UHGV virus genome: UHGV-0185078
Length of the DNA: 59,749 nucleotides
DNA from: a virus
Reading direction: 5' to 3' (one strand)
Position numbers and translations under genes: made by a program. Numbering within the stretch: position 1 is the stretch's first letter; each line of letters starts with the position of its first letter. Below are positions 1 through 10,360 of this stretch, piece after piece. Under the pieces are notes generated by a model, which did not search any database, was not told where the DNA came from, and saw only the letters and a program-made list of their open reading frames with translations.

Positions 1-71
1 GTATGGTTCGTATTAACGTAGCGAAGCTTCCAATGTTGATACGTCAAGCTATAGCAGAAGGAAAACTATAA
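1..71 (+). CDS. 3' end of neck/tail-completion protein (HK97 gp10-like) continuing from 59413 across the window junction
   Basis: If window ends are joined, the frame opened at 59413 continues ...SQQAPN|GMVRINVAKLPMLIRQAIAEGKL to TAA at 69-71, which overlaps ATG 71 (TAATG). Confidence 0.45.
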   Translation, partial: MVRINVAKLPMLIRQAIAEGKL

Positions 72-520
72 TGCTTGGATACGATTTCATTAATGATGCA
101 TTTAATAAGATGCTACGCGAAGCAGTTGGACCGGATATTGGTATAGCGTGGAAGAATAAGAAGTTTACACCTAAAGCCAACCAGATGTGGTTAAAGGCAA
201 TTAATGCTCCCGCTTCCACTTACGCAGCAACGCTAGGCGATAACGGTCTGAATGAAATTCCAGGCTTCTACCAAATCACAGTATATAGCCCTTTAAACAC
301 TGGAACGTCTAAGCAGAATCAAATCTTGGATTCTATTCGGAAAAAGTTTAAACTGGGCTTGCGTATCCCGTGCCCGGATGACCACACGTTACGGATTGTC
401 AGTTTAGACTTTTCGCAAGGTGGACAAACTTCGCTGAATGATTTTACCAAAGGCGGGGTTGAAGATAACTGGGACGTTAACTTTATCACAATCTATTGGT
501 CGGCTCGTGAGCCGAGGTAA
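71..520 (+). CDS. putative tail terminator / tail completion protein
   Basis: 149 aa ORF, start overlaps upstream stop; sits between neck genes and major tail protein gene. Confidence 0.45.
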   Translation: MLGYDFINDAFNKMLREAVGPDIGIAWKNKKFTPKANQMWLKAINAPASTYAATLGDNGLNEIPGFYQITVYSPLNTGTSKQNQILDSIRKKFKLGLRIPCPDDHTLRIVSLDFSQGGQTSLNDFTKGGVEDNWDVNFITIYWSAREPR

Positions 521-534
521 GAGAGGATCTAAAT

Positions 535-1458
535 ATGGCTACAGGTTCACGTTATTCGTGTTACTACGTCAAAGAAGATGTAAGCAACACTACGCCAGCG
601 AGCGCGAAGTTTACCCCGTTCCGTGTGACCAGTTCCGGTCTGGACATTAATATTGCAACGCTGGAATCTGAAGAACTGCGCGATGACGCTGAAACTGCGG
701 ACTTCCGCCTCGGCGCTCGCAGTGTTGAAGGTACAGTAACGGGCGAAATGTCCTTTGGCACCTTCGATGATCTTATTGCTGCTGCACTTCGTGGGGAGTG
801 GCAAGATAACGTCCTTAAAGGCGGTATCATCCGTCAGTCCTTCACTTTCGTAGACTATAACGCAGATCTACCTTCAGGTAAATATACAATTTATCGTGGT
901 TGCGAAGTTAATAGCATGACTTTCTCATTGTCTGCGGAAAACATGACCACAGTGGAATTCGGTATTGTTGGTCGCTCGATGGAGATTGCAGAATCTCTCC
1001 CATCTGGTGCAACTATCAAAGACCGTACAACTACTTCACCGATGGATGGTTTCTCCGGTCGCTTGCTGGAAAACGACGAAGAGATCAGCGTTATTACGGA
1101 AATCGGTCTTACCGTTGAAAACGATATTGCGCCGCGCTTTGTTGTTGGTTCTAAGTTCTCCATTGAACCGTCTGCTGGTCGTCGTGCTGTAACTGGTACA
1201 GCCAACGTGTACTTCCTGGACAACAAGCTTCGTACGAAGTATCTGGATGAAGTCGAAACGTCAATCAAGTTTGACCTGATCGACCCAAGCAATCCGGAAC
1301 AAAAATACACTGTGGAAATCCCTCGCGTGAAATTCACTGAAGCTCCGCGTCCTATTGACGGCGAAGGGGATATCATGCTTAATATGGGCTATCGCGGATT
1401 GCTGGACCCAACAACCGCAAGTTCCATCAAAATTACCCGCGTTCTAGCGGCAGCATAA
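535..1458 (+). CDS. major tail (tube) protein
   Basis: 307 aa; GAGAGGA RBS upstream of ATG; immediately precedes chaperone pair and tape measure gene, the canonical siphovirus order. Confidence 0.6.
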   Translation: MATGSRYSCYYVKEDVSNTTPASAKFTPFRVTSSGLDINIATLESEELRDDAETADFRLGARSVEGTVTGEMSFGTFDDLIAAALRGEWQDNVLKGGIIRQSFTFVDYNADLPSGKYTIYRGCEVNSMTFSLSAENMTTVEFGIVGRSMEIAESLPSGATIKDRTTTSPMDGFSGRLLENDEEISVITEIGLTVENDIAPRFVVGSKFSIEPSAGRRAVTGTANVYFLDNKLRTKYLDEVETSIKFDLIDPSNPEQKYTVEIPRVKFTEAPRPIDGEGDIMLNMGYRGLLDPTTASSIKITRVLAAA

Positions 1459-1467
1459 GGATAAGAA

Positions 1468-1875
1468 ATGACCGACACCAAAAAAGCCAAAGTTGCAGTA
1501 GCTAAAAGCTTTCGTGATTTTAAAACTGTGAGCCGGGCAAACGACCCGGCAAACACTAAGCCAATGAATGTGGTTATTCCTGGTGTAGGCGACACTGGCG
1601 AAAAACTCTACATTCGTAGCCGTTACTGCACAGAGTACCGTGATGCTGAACTGAAAGCACAGCGTCAACTGTTGGCGCTTATGCAGGGTAACGACGGTGA
1701 AGTAACGGATGCTATGAAGGAAGATATCCTTACCCGTTCACTGTGTAACCTTGTAGCAGGTTGGACTTTTGACGAGCCACCAACTGTTGACAACGTGTTT
1801 GAGTTCTTAACGGAGAACCCAACTGTTCGAGAAGATCTTAACGTATTTGCCGCCAAAGATAGTAATTTTTTCTAA
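1468..1875 (+). CDS. tail assembly chaperone (lambda G-like)
   Basis: 135 aa ORF between major tail and tape measure genes; ends ...AAT TTT TTC TAA with a T6C slippery run at 1866-1872. Confidence 0.55.
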   Translation: MTDTKKAKVAVAKSFRDFKTVSRANDPANTKPMNVVIPGVGDTGEKLYIRSRYCTEYRDAELKAQRQLLALMQGNDGEVTDAMKEDILTRSLCNLVAGWTFDEPPTVDNVFEFLTENPTVREDLNVFAAKDSNFF

Positions 1876-2273
1876 AAGCGCGCAGACAGTTAATTGATAA
1901 GAAGATCCTCCAATGGGAACTAAATAGCAAAGTCCCCGGCGGGGGATCTTCTTTATTATCGCAACTGCAAAAGGTTGAGGAACAGTCTGGTAAGACGCCA
2001 CCTAAGCTTAAAGAATATCGGGAAAAGGAAATACCGATTTGCTTTGAATACCTGTCTACTTTATTTGATGACATTTACACTGGAGGGGATTTTAGCTATA
2101 CAGAATTGCACAGCTATCAGGTAACAATGGGCTTACATCTTCAACCGTACGAATGCGAAATACTGCGACAGCTATGGCTTGAAAAGCGCGTGTCTGAAGC
2201 TGAACAAAATGCTAAACTCATGGAAAGTCAAATGCAAAATCAGAATAAAGGTAGAAGGAAAAGGAGAAGGTAA
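1866..2273 (+). CDS. -1 frameshift extension producing GT-like tail assembly chaperone fusion
   Basis: The -1 frame is open from the slippery T_TTT_TTC (1866-1872) to TAA 2271-2273 (about 134 codons, ...LWLEKRVSEAEQNAKLMESQMQNQNKGRRKRRR) with no in-frame ATG or RBS of its own until 2127; stop overlaps tape measure ATG. Confidence 0.45.
   Translation, partial: FFLKARRQLIDKKILQWELNSKVPGGGSSLLSQLQKVEEQSGKTPPKLKEYREKEIPICFEYLSTLFDDIYTGGDFSYTELHSYQVTMGLHLQPYECEILRQLWLEKRVSEAEQNAKLMESQMQNQNKGRRKRRR
1932..1957 (+). terminator. weak hairpin plus U-rich tract inside the GT extension
   Basis: tcccc-ggcg-gggga stem-loop followed by tcttctttatt; may attenuate transcription into the tape measure gene. 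Confidence 0.3.
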
Positions 2274-5200
2274 TGGCCGAAACTGCTTCGCTAGTAATCA
2301 GGGTTGACGCGAAAGGGATTAGCACAGCGGACTCCATGCTGCGTAACCTTGCGCGTACAGGTGACACAGCGGAGCGTTCCGCTCAACGTGTCACATCCAG
2401 CTATAAAACATTGTCTAACACATCTAACGAACTTGCAACTGTCACAAGTCGTTTAGATGCTGCAATTGTAGGAATGATCAGCGTTGACACCATTAACCGT
2501 GTTATTTCGCTATCGGACTCCTGGACTATCCTCACCAACAAACTTGAACTGGCTCGTACGGGTAATGAAACCGTTGCGGATGCACAGCAACGCGTGTTTG
2601 ATATTGCCCAGCGGTCACGTACAAGCTTGGAAGCAACTGCAACTCTATATTCCCGTCTCCAGCGTGCAATGAAGAATACTGGTATGACGGGTATGGAGCT
2701 TGGACGTATCACTGAAACAATCAACAAAGCGATGATTGTTTCCGGTGCAACATCACATGAAGCAAGCGCTGCCCTTATTCAGTTTTCGCAAGCAATGGCA
2801 TCCGGTGTTCTGCGAGGGGATGAATTCCGTTCTGTTGCAGAACAAGCCCCGCGCTTAACGCAAATTATGTCCGATGCGTTAGGTGTTACCATTGGACAAT
2901 TGCGTGAAATGGCCTACAGTGGCAAGTTAACCGCCGATGTGGTTATCAAATCGTTGTCTGGTGCTGCGGATACAATTGATAAAGAATTTAGCCGCACTAT
3001 GCCAACGTTCAACCAGCAATGGACGGTCGCAACAAATAACCTGACTAAGTTTATGGGCGAATCCCAAAAGACTCAGGGTGCGGTTGCTGCATTGGGACAG
3101 ACGTTTGTTGCATTATCCGGAAACTTAGGAACGGTTGTAACGGTTGGTTCAGCTTTAGCCACAGTAATTACCGCCCGTATCATCACCGCAATGCTTGCTA
3201 AGACTAAAGCGTCTATAGCTGCTGCAAAAGCATCTCAGATGGAAGCTGCACAGACTGCGGCAACTACTGCGGTAATGCAAAGCTCTATTGGCGTTACTGC
3301 ACAGAAAGCGGCTGCGGATCGTGCTGCTTCGCTTGCGGCGTTACAGGTTGCTCGCGGGTCATTAGCGGTTGCTAAAGGTACGGCAGCGGAAGCAGGTGCA
3401 CGTCTTGCGCTTATTAACGCTACTCGTGCGCATTCTGCGGCAATTATGGCGGACGTACAAGCGCGGCAAGCGCTCAATGCTGCTCTTAATGCAACTGTAC
3501 CAGCGGCAAGCCGAGCCGCTACAGCAATGAGCGTGCTGCGCGGTGCTATGGGGTTAATTGGCGGTCCTGTTGGTGTAGCAATGCTGGCAGCGGGTGCAAT
3601 TTACTCCTATAAAGCGTCGCTGGAAGCTGGTCGTGCGGAAAACAATCAGTTTGCGGATAGTGTTGATACTGTACGCGATAAACTGATGCAGATGACAGAA
3701 GCTCAGTTAGCTGCTAACGCAGTTAAAGCTCGCGCAATTCTCCCCGAACTTGAAGAGCAAATGAAGCGGGAGCAAACTGCTCTTAAATCTGCAACGGAAA
3801 CGCAGAAGTTCTATGAAGCGCAATTAAAACGTCGTGCTGCGTCCGGTCGTGATACAGCCAGTGCTGAAAAGAATTTACAAATTGCAACGGATAACGTCAA
3901 GCTTGCTGCTGAACGTGCTGAAGAAGCTCAACGTCGTTACAACAATGTCTTAGAAATGACAAGCCCTGCTATCGAGAAGATAATCCCGTTAGCTCGTCAG
4001 CTTGCAGCGGATATGAAAGCAGTGCTTAATATCAAATCCGGTCCGCTTATTGACGAGAAAGTGCTTGATCGTTTTAAAGGTCAGTTAGGTGACGTTAACC
4101 GTGAGATTGACGTCAACACGGTTAAAGGTGCTGGTAACGCTCGCCAGGCTGCAATCCTTAGTGGGCTGTATCAAACTCTGGGCAAAGATGCAGACACCTA
4201 CGGAAGTCTTATTCGCAAAGTAGCTATGGGTCAGGACGTTAGCTCAGAGGCAACAAGCGAATCTGCTAAAGAGCTTGTTAAATATGCTCAAGATTTAGCC
4301 CAAGCTCTTGGCAAAAACTACGATCTTGAAGAAGCAGAGAGAAACCGGACTAAAGCTACAAAAGACGCTATTAAGGCGCATCAACAAAACGCTAAGGTTA
4401 TTGACGATTTACGAAACAAGCTTAACGAAGTAACCACAGGGGTTAAGGAAAACGCCAAAGCGAAAGCGCAAGCGGTGGCACTTAATAAGCTCAATGCGTC
4501 TGCAACGGCTGCGGAAAAAGAGGAAGTTGTTAGACTTGCTGCTGCAATCTACGATGCAGAAGAAGCTCAAAAGAAACTGGACGAGCGTAAGAAGAACCGT
4601 AAGTTTGCTCAGGGTCTGTTAGATGAAGGTATGACAGACTATGAAAAAATCGCGTACGAGCAAAATACAAAGATTGCAGAGCTTAATGCAAAACAGCGAG
4701 CTGATGATTTAGCTTACTATCAGCTTTACGAAGATGCTAAAACCCAAGTCCTGAAGAAAGCAAGCATGGAAAGGGAAAATCTGGATAAAGTTCTTATGAA
4801 CCGAATGATATCCTTTTCTCAGGAATCCTTAGGCATTATAATGGATGGACTGTCACAGGCTGTAAGCCAGCAGAACTTCTTTTATAAAGCTATGTTTGCA
4901 GCACAGAAAGCAATGCAAATCCCGTCAATCCTTGCTAACACGGAAACGGCAGCATCCGCGGCGCTTGCATGGGGTACACAGCAAGGCGGTGCTACAATGG
5001 GCGCAACAATGGCAGCTATAGTGAAAACTATGGGCTATGCGTCAGCAGCTACTGTGGGTGGCTTAGCAATTGCTGGTATGGCTCACGACGGTATTGATAA
5101 CGTTCCGCGTGAAGGTACATGGTTGCTGGATAAGGGCGAACGTGTACTTAATGCTCCGTCTAATGACAAGTTAAATCGCTTCCTGGATAGCCAAGCTTCA

Positions 5201-5389
5201 CAACAAGGTGGCGTGAATATGTCCGGTGGTGTTAGCATTGTTCAGTATATCACGGTGCAAGGAAATGGCGATGCAGCACTCACACAAGCCATGCAAAAAG
5301 CAGCCCGTGATGGCGCTGAGCAGGGATATAATAAAGTTCTTAATGACTTTGCATCCCGAGGAACAATTCGTAGAACTGCAATGGGGTAA
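2273..5389 (+). CDS. tail tape measure protein
   Basis: 1038 aa, Ala/Gln/Lys-rich predicted coiled coil, hydrophobic Gly/Ala segment near C-terminus; follows chaperone pair. Confidence 0.85.
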   Translation: MAETASLVIRVDAKGISTADSMLRNLARTGDTAERSAQRVTSSYKTLSNTSNELATVTSRLDAAIVGMISVDTINRVISLSDSWTILTNKLELARTGNETVADAQQRVFDIAQRSRTSLEATATLYSRLQRAMKNTGMTGMELGRITETINKAMIVSGATSHEASAALIQFSQAMASGVLRGDEFRSVAEQAPRLTQIMSDALGVTIGQLREMAYSGKLTADVVIKSLSGAADTIDKEFSRTMPTFNQQWTVATNNLTKFMGESQKTQGAVAALGQTFVALSGNLGTVVTVGSALATVITARIITAMLAKTKASIAAAKASQMEAAQTAATTAVMQSSIGVTAQKAAADRAASLAALQVARGSLAVAKGTAAEAGARLALINATRAHSAAIMADVQARQALNAALNATVPAASRAATAMSVLRGAMGLIGGPVGVAMLAAGAIYSYKASLEAGRAENNQFADSVDTVRDKLMQMTEAQLAANAVKARAILPELEEQMKREQTALKSATETQKFYEAQLKRRAASGRDTASAEKNLQIATDNVKLAAERAEEAQRRYNNVLEMTSPAIEKIIPLARQLAADMKAVLNIKSGPLIDEKVLDRFKGQLGDVNREIDVNTVKGAGNARQAAILSGLYQTLGKDADTYGSLIRKVAMGQDVSSEATSESAKELVKYAQDLAQALGKNYDLEEAERNRTKATKDAIKAHQQNAKVIDDLRNKLNEVTTGVKENAKAKAQAVALNKLNASATAAEKEEVVRLAAAIYDAEEAQKKLDERKKNRKFAQGLLDEGMTDYEKIAYEQNTKIAELNAKQRADDLAYYQLYEDAKTQVLKKASMERENLDKVLMNRMISFSQESLGIIMDGLSQAVSQQNFFYKAMFAAQKAMQIPSILANTETAASAALAWGTQQGGATMGATMAAIVKTMGYASAATVGGLAIAGMAHDGIDNVPREGTWLLDKGERVLNAPSNDKLNRFLDSQASQQGGVNMSGGVSIVQYITVQGNGDAALTQAMQKAARDGAEQGYNKVLNDFASRGTIRRTAMG

Positions 5390-5392
5390 TAT

Positions 5393-5977
5393 ATGCTCAC
5401 TTGGCCCGAAGAAATTAGACCTTCCGAGATGGAATGGTATCTTGTTTCAAACTCTGTTGAATTTACAAGCCCCTTTAATGGGGCTTCACAAACTGTGTCC
5501 TATCCTGGGTCACGATGGGAAGCAACATTAACGTTCAGCAATTTAAATGACTGGCAATCCAGAAAGCTTGAATCAACGTTAGCTAAGCTTGACGGTAAAG
5601 CTGGTCGTATTATGCTTCAGGATTTTGGTCGCTGGGGTCGTGCACCGATTGGATCACCTGTGGTTAATGGCGCAAACAATACAGGGACAACTTTATCAAC
5701 CAAAGGTTGGACTCCTAACAGAAAGGTTCTATGGGAAGGGGATTACATCGCAGTAAATAATGAATTAAAATTAATAACCGAAGATGCTTGGAGCGATTCT
5801 TCTGGTAACGTGATTTTAAATATTGCCCCAATGCTGAGGACTATTCCACCAAATGGGGCTAAAATCGAAACTCAAAAACCACAAGGGGCTTTCCGTTTAG
5901 CAGAAAACACTAACGGGGTTAAGCGTCAACCAGCTTTTAATAATTCATTTACTTTAAAATTCTCGGAGGCGTTCTAA
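5393..5977 (+). CDS. minor tail protein (lambda M-like position)
   Basis: 194 aa ORF directly after tape measure; function from synteny only. Confidence 0.45.
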   Translation: MLTWPEEIRPSEMEWYLVSNSVEFTSPFNGASQTVSYPGSRWEATLTFSNLNDWQSRKLESTLAKLDGKAGRIMLQDFGRWGRAPIGSPVVNGANNTGTTLSTKGWTPNRKVLWEGDYIAVNNELKLITEDAWSDSSGNVILNIAPMLRTIPPNGAKIETQKPQGAFRLAENTNGVKRQPAFNNSFTLKFSEAF

Positions 5978-6561
5978 TGCTATTCAGCCCTTTCAGTGAT
6001 ACGCTTCTTAATGCAATGGAGCAGCCAAACGTTAGTTTGGTCCTTGCTGCGGAAATTGACTTTCCTTCTGGTGTAACGCGTGTACATACTGGGACAGGTG
6101 TTGTTGTTATTAACGGTCAAACGTTCCTGGGCGTTGGTACGCTTGGAGACGTAGGATCTGTAACAGAAGAAAACAGCACAAGCTCCAGCACAATGTCCAT
6201 GGCGCTAAGCGGTCTGGATATGAGTCTTGTTGGGGAGACGTTAAACGAAGAAGTTATCGGACGTAATGTTGTTTGCTATATTGCAGTGATGAACGATCAA
6301 GGTAACGTCATTGCTGCTAATATTTTGTTTGAAGGTTTCATTACAGACACCGCATTACAAGCAGGTCAACAGAATGCATTGAGTTATGTTATTTCCAACG
6401 TGTTTGAGCGTTGGTCACAAGGTTTACCAGATCGCTATACAGATGAAAGTCAACAGCGTTTATATCCGGGCGACCGTTTCTTTAGATATATTGCACAAAT
6501 GGCTGAACGTTCAATCTTTTGGGGGAGTAAAAAAGATGCGCCAGGGTTCTCCTATGAGTAA
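5977..6561 (+). CDS. minor tail protein (lambda L-like position)
   Basis: 194 aa ORF, ATG overlaps upstream stop; synteny only. Confidence 0.45.
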   Translation: MLFSPFSDTLLNAMEQPNVSLVLAAEIDFPSGVTRVHTGTGVVVINGQTFLGVGTLGDVGSVTEENSTSSSTMSMALSGLDMSLVGETLNEEVIGRNVVCYIAVMNDQGNVIAANILFEGFITDTALQAGQQNALSYVISNVFERWSQGLPDRYTDESQQRLYPGDRFFRYIAQMAERSIFWGSKKDAPGFSYE

Positions 6562-6970
6562 GTTGCCAGGCTGGCAGACACGTTTATTAACCACAGTAAA
6601 GGAGTTGTCATCGACTCCTTTTTCTTGGGGTGAAAATGATTGCTGCACCTTCGCGGCAAAATGTGTTGATGCGCAATACGGAACAAATATCTACGAACAA
6701 GTCGCTGGAAAATATAGTACAGAGCTTGGAAGTAAAAAGTTCACTATTGAAAGAGTTGGAACCGCTTACCTTCCATTGTTATTGGATACATATCTGAGCG
6801 AACGCGTTAACAAGAACTATGCGCAAAGAGGCGATGTGGTTACATTTGAGGGAGCATTGGGCTTAACTGCTGGCATATTATGGACTGGATATGTATGGGC
6901 TATGGGTCCGAACGGTGTGGAAACATTCCCGCTTAATAAGATCAAAATTACGGATATTTGGAGGGTCTAA
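6536..6970 (+). CDS. tail assembly protein (lambda K-like position), possible NlpC/P60-type Cys motif
   Basis: Start chosen at ATG 6536 preceded by GGGGGAG RBS (track ORF from 6386 would overlap upstream gene by 175 nt); contains ENDCCTF motif; stop overlaps next ATG (TAATG). Confidence 0.4.
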   Translation: MRQGSPMSKLPGWQTRLLTTVKELSSTPFSWGENDCCTFAAKCVDAQYGTNIYEQVAGKYSTELGSKKFTIERVGTAYLPLLLDTYLSERVNKNYAQRGDVVTFEGALGLTAGILWTGYVWAMGPNGVETFPLNKIKITDIWRV

Positions 6971-9900
6971 TGCCACCAGCAATAATTGGAGCAGCGATAG
7001 CTTTAGGTGCGTCGGCTGCTGCTGCGGCTAGTATTATTTCGGCTACTACCGCTCTCGTTATCGGTATTGCTGCAACTGCGGCAGGTGCTCTTTTAACTAA
7101 GACACCAAATATGAACTTTGATGCTTACAAGGGGCAGCAAGAGCGTAAACAGGTTCTGCGTGCGGCTACAGCGTCACGCTCTGTTGTATATGGCACGACC
7201 GTAGCGTCCGGACTATTAGCATTTGCGGAGGAAGAAGCTGGAGAACAAGATGAAGGTGAATGGATGCATCTTGTTGTTGTTCTTGCTAGTCATAAATTGG
7301 AAGGTATTGAAACAATTTGGTTGGGTGATGACGGAATTGATTGGTTTGGTGAAAACGCTACTTGGGAGTTTCATAACGACCGTCAGACTGTTGACCCATT
7401 CATGTTAAGACATTGTCCTTCCTGGAAGGAGGATATGATTGGCAAGGGTATTGCATGGCTACGTTTAAGCTTAAAGTTTGATGCTGAAAAATTCCCATCA
7501 GGTTTGCCAAACGTCAAGGTGTTGAAAAAGGGACGTAGAGTCTATGACCCACGTTCCGGTCAAACTGTCTTTAGCGATAATGCTGCTCTTGTTATTCTTG
7601 ATTATTTCCGCACGTATTTAAAGCGCAAGGACGAGAATATCAACTGGGACCAATTCAAGGAAGCTGCTAACATCTGCGATGAGTTTGTTACTAACGCAGA
7701 TAACACTACGGAAAGACGTTACCGCATTAACGGTGAGTTTGAAGTGGATGAAGCACCTGCCAAAATCCTTGATGCTATGCTTGAAGCTTGCGGCGGGGAG
7801 CTTACCTATATTGGTGGTAAACACGGTCTGTTAGTTGGTGCTTATTACGGTCCAGCTACCATGACTCTGGATGAAAGCTGCATTGCTGGGGACATTAAGA
7901 TTATCCCTGAGACATCTTATAAAGAACGCACCAATACCATTACAGGTACATTTGTTGACCCGAAGCAAACATACGCTGAAGCAGATTTTCCTCCAGTTGT
8001 GGTTAAGGAATGGGTGGAAAAAGATGGCGGCGAAATAACGCAAGACATGGATTTCCGCTTCGTTACAAGTGAATATCAAGCGCAACGGCTCGCTAATATT
8101 ATTTTACGTCGTAAGCGTGTTGGTCGAACAATTGAAGTGCCATGTAACATGAAGGGGTATAAATTCCGCCCGGGCATGTATGTTAACGTAACAATTTCAA
8201 ATATTGGAATGAAAAATGTTGAGATGCGCGTTACTAAATGGTCATTCGATCCTAAAGGTGGGATTAATCTTGTCCTTCGTCAAGACTTCCTGGAAATGTG
8301 GGACGACGCTATTGGTAAACCAATGGAGCGCCCGGATCTGGTAGACCTCCCGTCTGGTGCTATTGCTCAACCGCAAAACCTTCAGTATCAGGCATTGCAG
8401 ATTAGCGATGTTGTGCAGGGTGTTTTAACGTGGAGCAATATTGGACAGGTAGCGTATAACCGCGTAGCCGTGCGACAGGGAGGTACAACGGTTTGGACCG
8501 CACAAGTCCCTGGCCAAAACGTTCGCGTTACTGGGTTGCTGCGGGGCGCGTATACAGCACATGTTCAAGCGGTAGCCTATAGTGGGGCGGTATCACCGGA
8601 AGCGTATCTGGAATTTAATATTCAAGCTCCACCTCCTCCAACGTCTATTGAAGTGCAACAAGGTTACTTTGCAATAAGTCTAATCCCTAAATCCGCGGAT
8701 ATTGCAAACGTTAGCACGCAATATGATTTCTGGACGTCCGGTGAAACAAGATTGTCTTCCGTGTCTACAGATATTGTGGAACGCGAAGCGACTCGTAAAG
8801 GTATGGGTACAACATGGACTTCAGAAGGTTTGAAGAATGGCCACACTTACTACTGGTATGTTCGCACTATTAACGCTTTTGGATCGTCTGCATTTGTAGA
8901 GGTTGCTGCATTGTGTTTCACAACAGCTACAGACTTAATGCCACAGATTGATTCTGAGTTCAAGAAGACGGAGACTTATAAAGAGCTTACTGCTGAAATT
9001 ACAGGTGTTAAAGACGGTGTTACACAACTCAGTCAAACTGTAGTAGACACAGAAAAGCGTTTAAGTCAAAGTGTTAGCAACGTTCAGCAAAGCGTTATTA
9101 CTTTGGACGGCGTTGTTCAAGATCAGGGTGTTACCATCAACGAACAGGGGCAACTCATTGATGCACAGGGTCGATTAATTGATACGCAAGGTAAAACTAT
9201 TCAGCAAGTCAGCGCCACTGTACAGGAAACAAGTAAAGCAGTCGTAGATCTGGAAGGTAATGTTAACGCGCAATGGGGTGCTAAGGTACAGGTTGACAGT
9301 AAAGGGCAAAAATACGTTGCTGGTATCCAGTTGGGTATGGAAGGTTCAGGCGGTGCTGTACAATCTTACTTCATGGTGAGCGCTAACAACTTTGCTATCT
9401 ATAACCCGACAAACAGCGTAGCAGAATTGGCATTTGCTGTTAAGAACGGTCAAGTGTTCATGAAGGCTGCATTTATTGAAAATGGTACAATTGACAGCGC
9501 TAAAATTTCAAACCAGATTCAGTCAACAAACTACGCTAGCAATAGCGCGGGTTGGATGATCAACAAGAACGGTAGCGCTCAGTTTAACAACGTGACGGTA
9601 CGGGGTACGGTATACGCTAACAACGGATCTTTCACAGGAACAGTGAACGCAACAAGCGGTAAATTCAAGGGTACTGTGGAAGCTACCAGTTTTGTGGGTG
9701 ATGTCGCGAATATGTGTGTCATTGCTGAGTCTGCAATACCAAACACACAAACTACAAGTTCAAGAACCTGGACAAAAACTTTCAAAGACTCATCTGGTTC
9801 AACATTATCTAAAGACTTTGTGTTGTTATTAAGTTATAGTTTAACCGCATATACATCAAATCAGGCAAGTCGTATAATTGTGACTGCTAACATAGGTGGA

Positions 9901-10092
9901 ACATCAATAACAAGGAGGATTGAGCGAGCTGCCAATGGGCCTGCTATGGATGTAACCATACCTTTAGCAGTGAAAGGAAAGACAGCGTCGAGGGTAACAA
10001 TAAGCGTTAAGGAGGAATATACGAATGTCTATGGGAGTTACTTGCGTCCGTCTGTAATATTAATGACTCGCGGAACTGGTAGTTGGTCGTAA
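6970..10092 (+). CDS. tail tip / host specificity protein (lambda I+J-like)
   Basis: 1040 aa from ATG 6970 (GGAGGG RBS 4 nt upstream); hydrophobic Ala/Gly-rich N-terminus, large central body; position after M/L/K-like genes. Confidence 0.75.
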   Translation: MPPAIIGAAIALGASAAAAASIISATTALVIGIAATAAGALLTKTPNMNFDAYKGQQERKQVLRAATASRSVVYGTTVASGLLAFAEEEAGEQDEGEWMHLVVVLASHKLEGIETIWLGDDGIDWFGENATWEFHNDRQTVDPFMLRHCPSWKEDMIGKGIAWLRLSLKFDAEKFPSGLPNVKVLKKGRRVYDPRSGQTVFSDNAALVILDYFRTYLKRKDENINWDQFKEAANICDEFVTNADNTTERRYRINGEFEVDEAPAKILDAMLEACGGELTYIGGKHGLLVGAYYGPATMTLDESCIAGDIKIIPETSYKERTNTITGTFVDPKQTYAEADFPPVVVKEWVEKDGGEITQDMDFRFVTSEYQAQRLANIILRRKRVGRTIEVPCNMKGYKFRPGMYVNVTISNIGMKNVEMRVTKWSFDPKGGINLVLRQDFLEMWDDAIGKPMERPDLVDLPSGAIAQPQNLQYQALQISDVVQGVLTWSNIGQVAYNRVAVRQGGTTVWTAQVPGQNVRVTGLLRGAYTAHVQAVAYSGAVSPEAYLEFNIQAPPPPTSIEVQQGYFAISLIPKSADIANVSTQYDFWTSGETRLSSVSTDIVEREATRKGMGTTWTSEGLKNGHTYYWYVRTINAFGSSAFVEVAALCFTTATDLMPQIDSEFKKTETYKELTAEITGVKDGVTQLSQTVVDTEKRLSQSVSNVQQSVITLDGVVQDQGVTINEQGQLIDAQGRLIDTQGKTIQQVSATVQETSKAVVDLEGNVNAQWGAKVQVDSKGQKYVAGIQLGMEGSGGAVQSYFMVSANNFAIYNPTNSVAELAFAVKNGQVFMKAAFIENGTIDSAKISNQIQSTNYASNSAGWMINKNGSAQFNNVTVRGTVYANNGSFTGTVNATSGKFKGTVEATSFVGDVANMCVIAESAIPNTQTTSSRTWTKTFKDSSGSTLSKDFVLLLSYSLTAYTSNQASRIIVTANIGGTSITRRIERAANGPAMDVTIPLAVKGKTASRVTISVKEEYTNVYGSYLRPSVILMTRGTGSWS

Positions 10093-10098
10093 TAAATA

Positions 10099-10127
10099 AT
10101 TAACCCCTCGTTTGAGGGGTTAATTTT
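10099..10127. terminator. bidirectional rho-independent terminator between J-like gene and lipoprotein gene
   Basis: Perfect inverted repeat attaacccctc-gttt-gaggggttaat flanked by A/T runs on both sides. Confidence 0.7.
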
Positions 10128-10360
10128 CAATAATCAATTACACAGTTTGAAGGTGAACCAATTCGTCGGTATTCATGATCAATCTCATGGCACCATTGTC
10201 CAGTCATTGGAAGCTTTTCGGTATCATAAATTAAAGAACCGTTACCATCACGATCTAACGGTTTTGGAATTACGCCGGAATTAGGTTTACCAGTATTTAA
10301 ACCGTTACCACATGCAGTGAGGGATAAAGTTAATGCCAGCATAATTAAAGCGCGTTTCAT
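10127..10360 (-). CDS. small lipoprotein, candidate superinfection-exclusion protein (Cor/Llp-like)
   Basis: 77 aa, MKRALIMLALTLSLTAC signal peptide with lipobox L-T-A-C; GGAG RBS; antisense to flanking tail genes and bracketed by terminator and intergenic promoter region. Confidence 0.6.
   Translation of the reverse strand: MKRALIMLALTLSLTACGNGLNTGKPNSGVIPKPLDRDGNGSLIYDTEKLPMTGQWCHEIDHEYRRIGSPSNCVIDY

Noticed and set aside
6386-6535. Track start at 6386 for the K-like tail gene
   Set aside because: Would overlap the upstream gene by 175 nt; ATG 6536 has a strong GGGGGAG RBS
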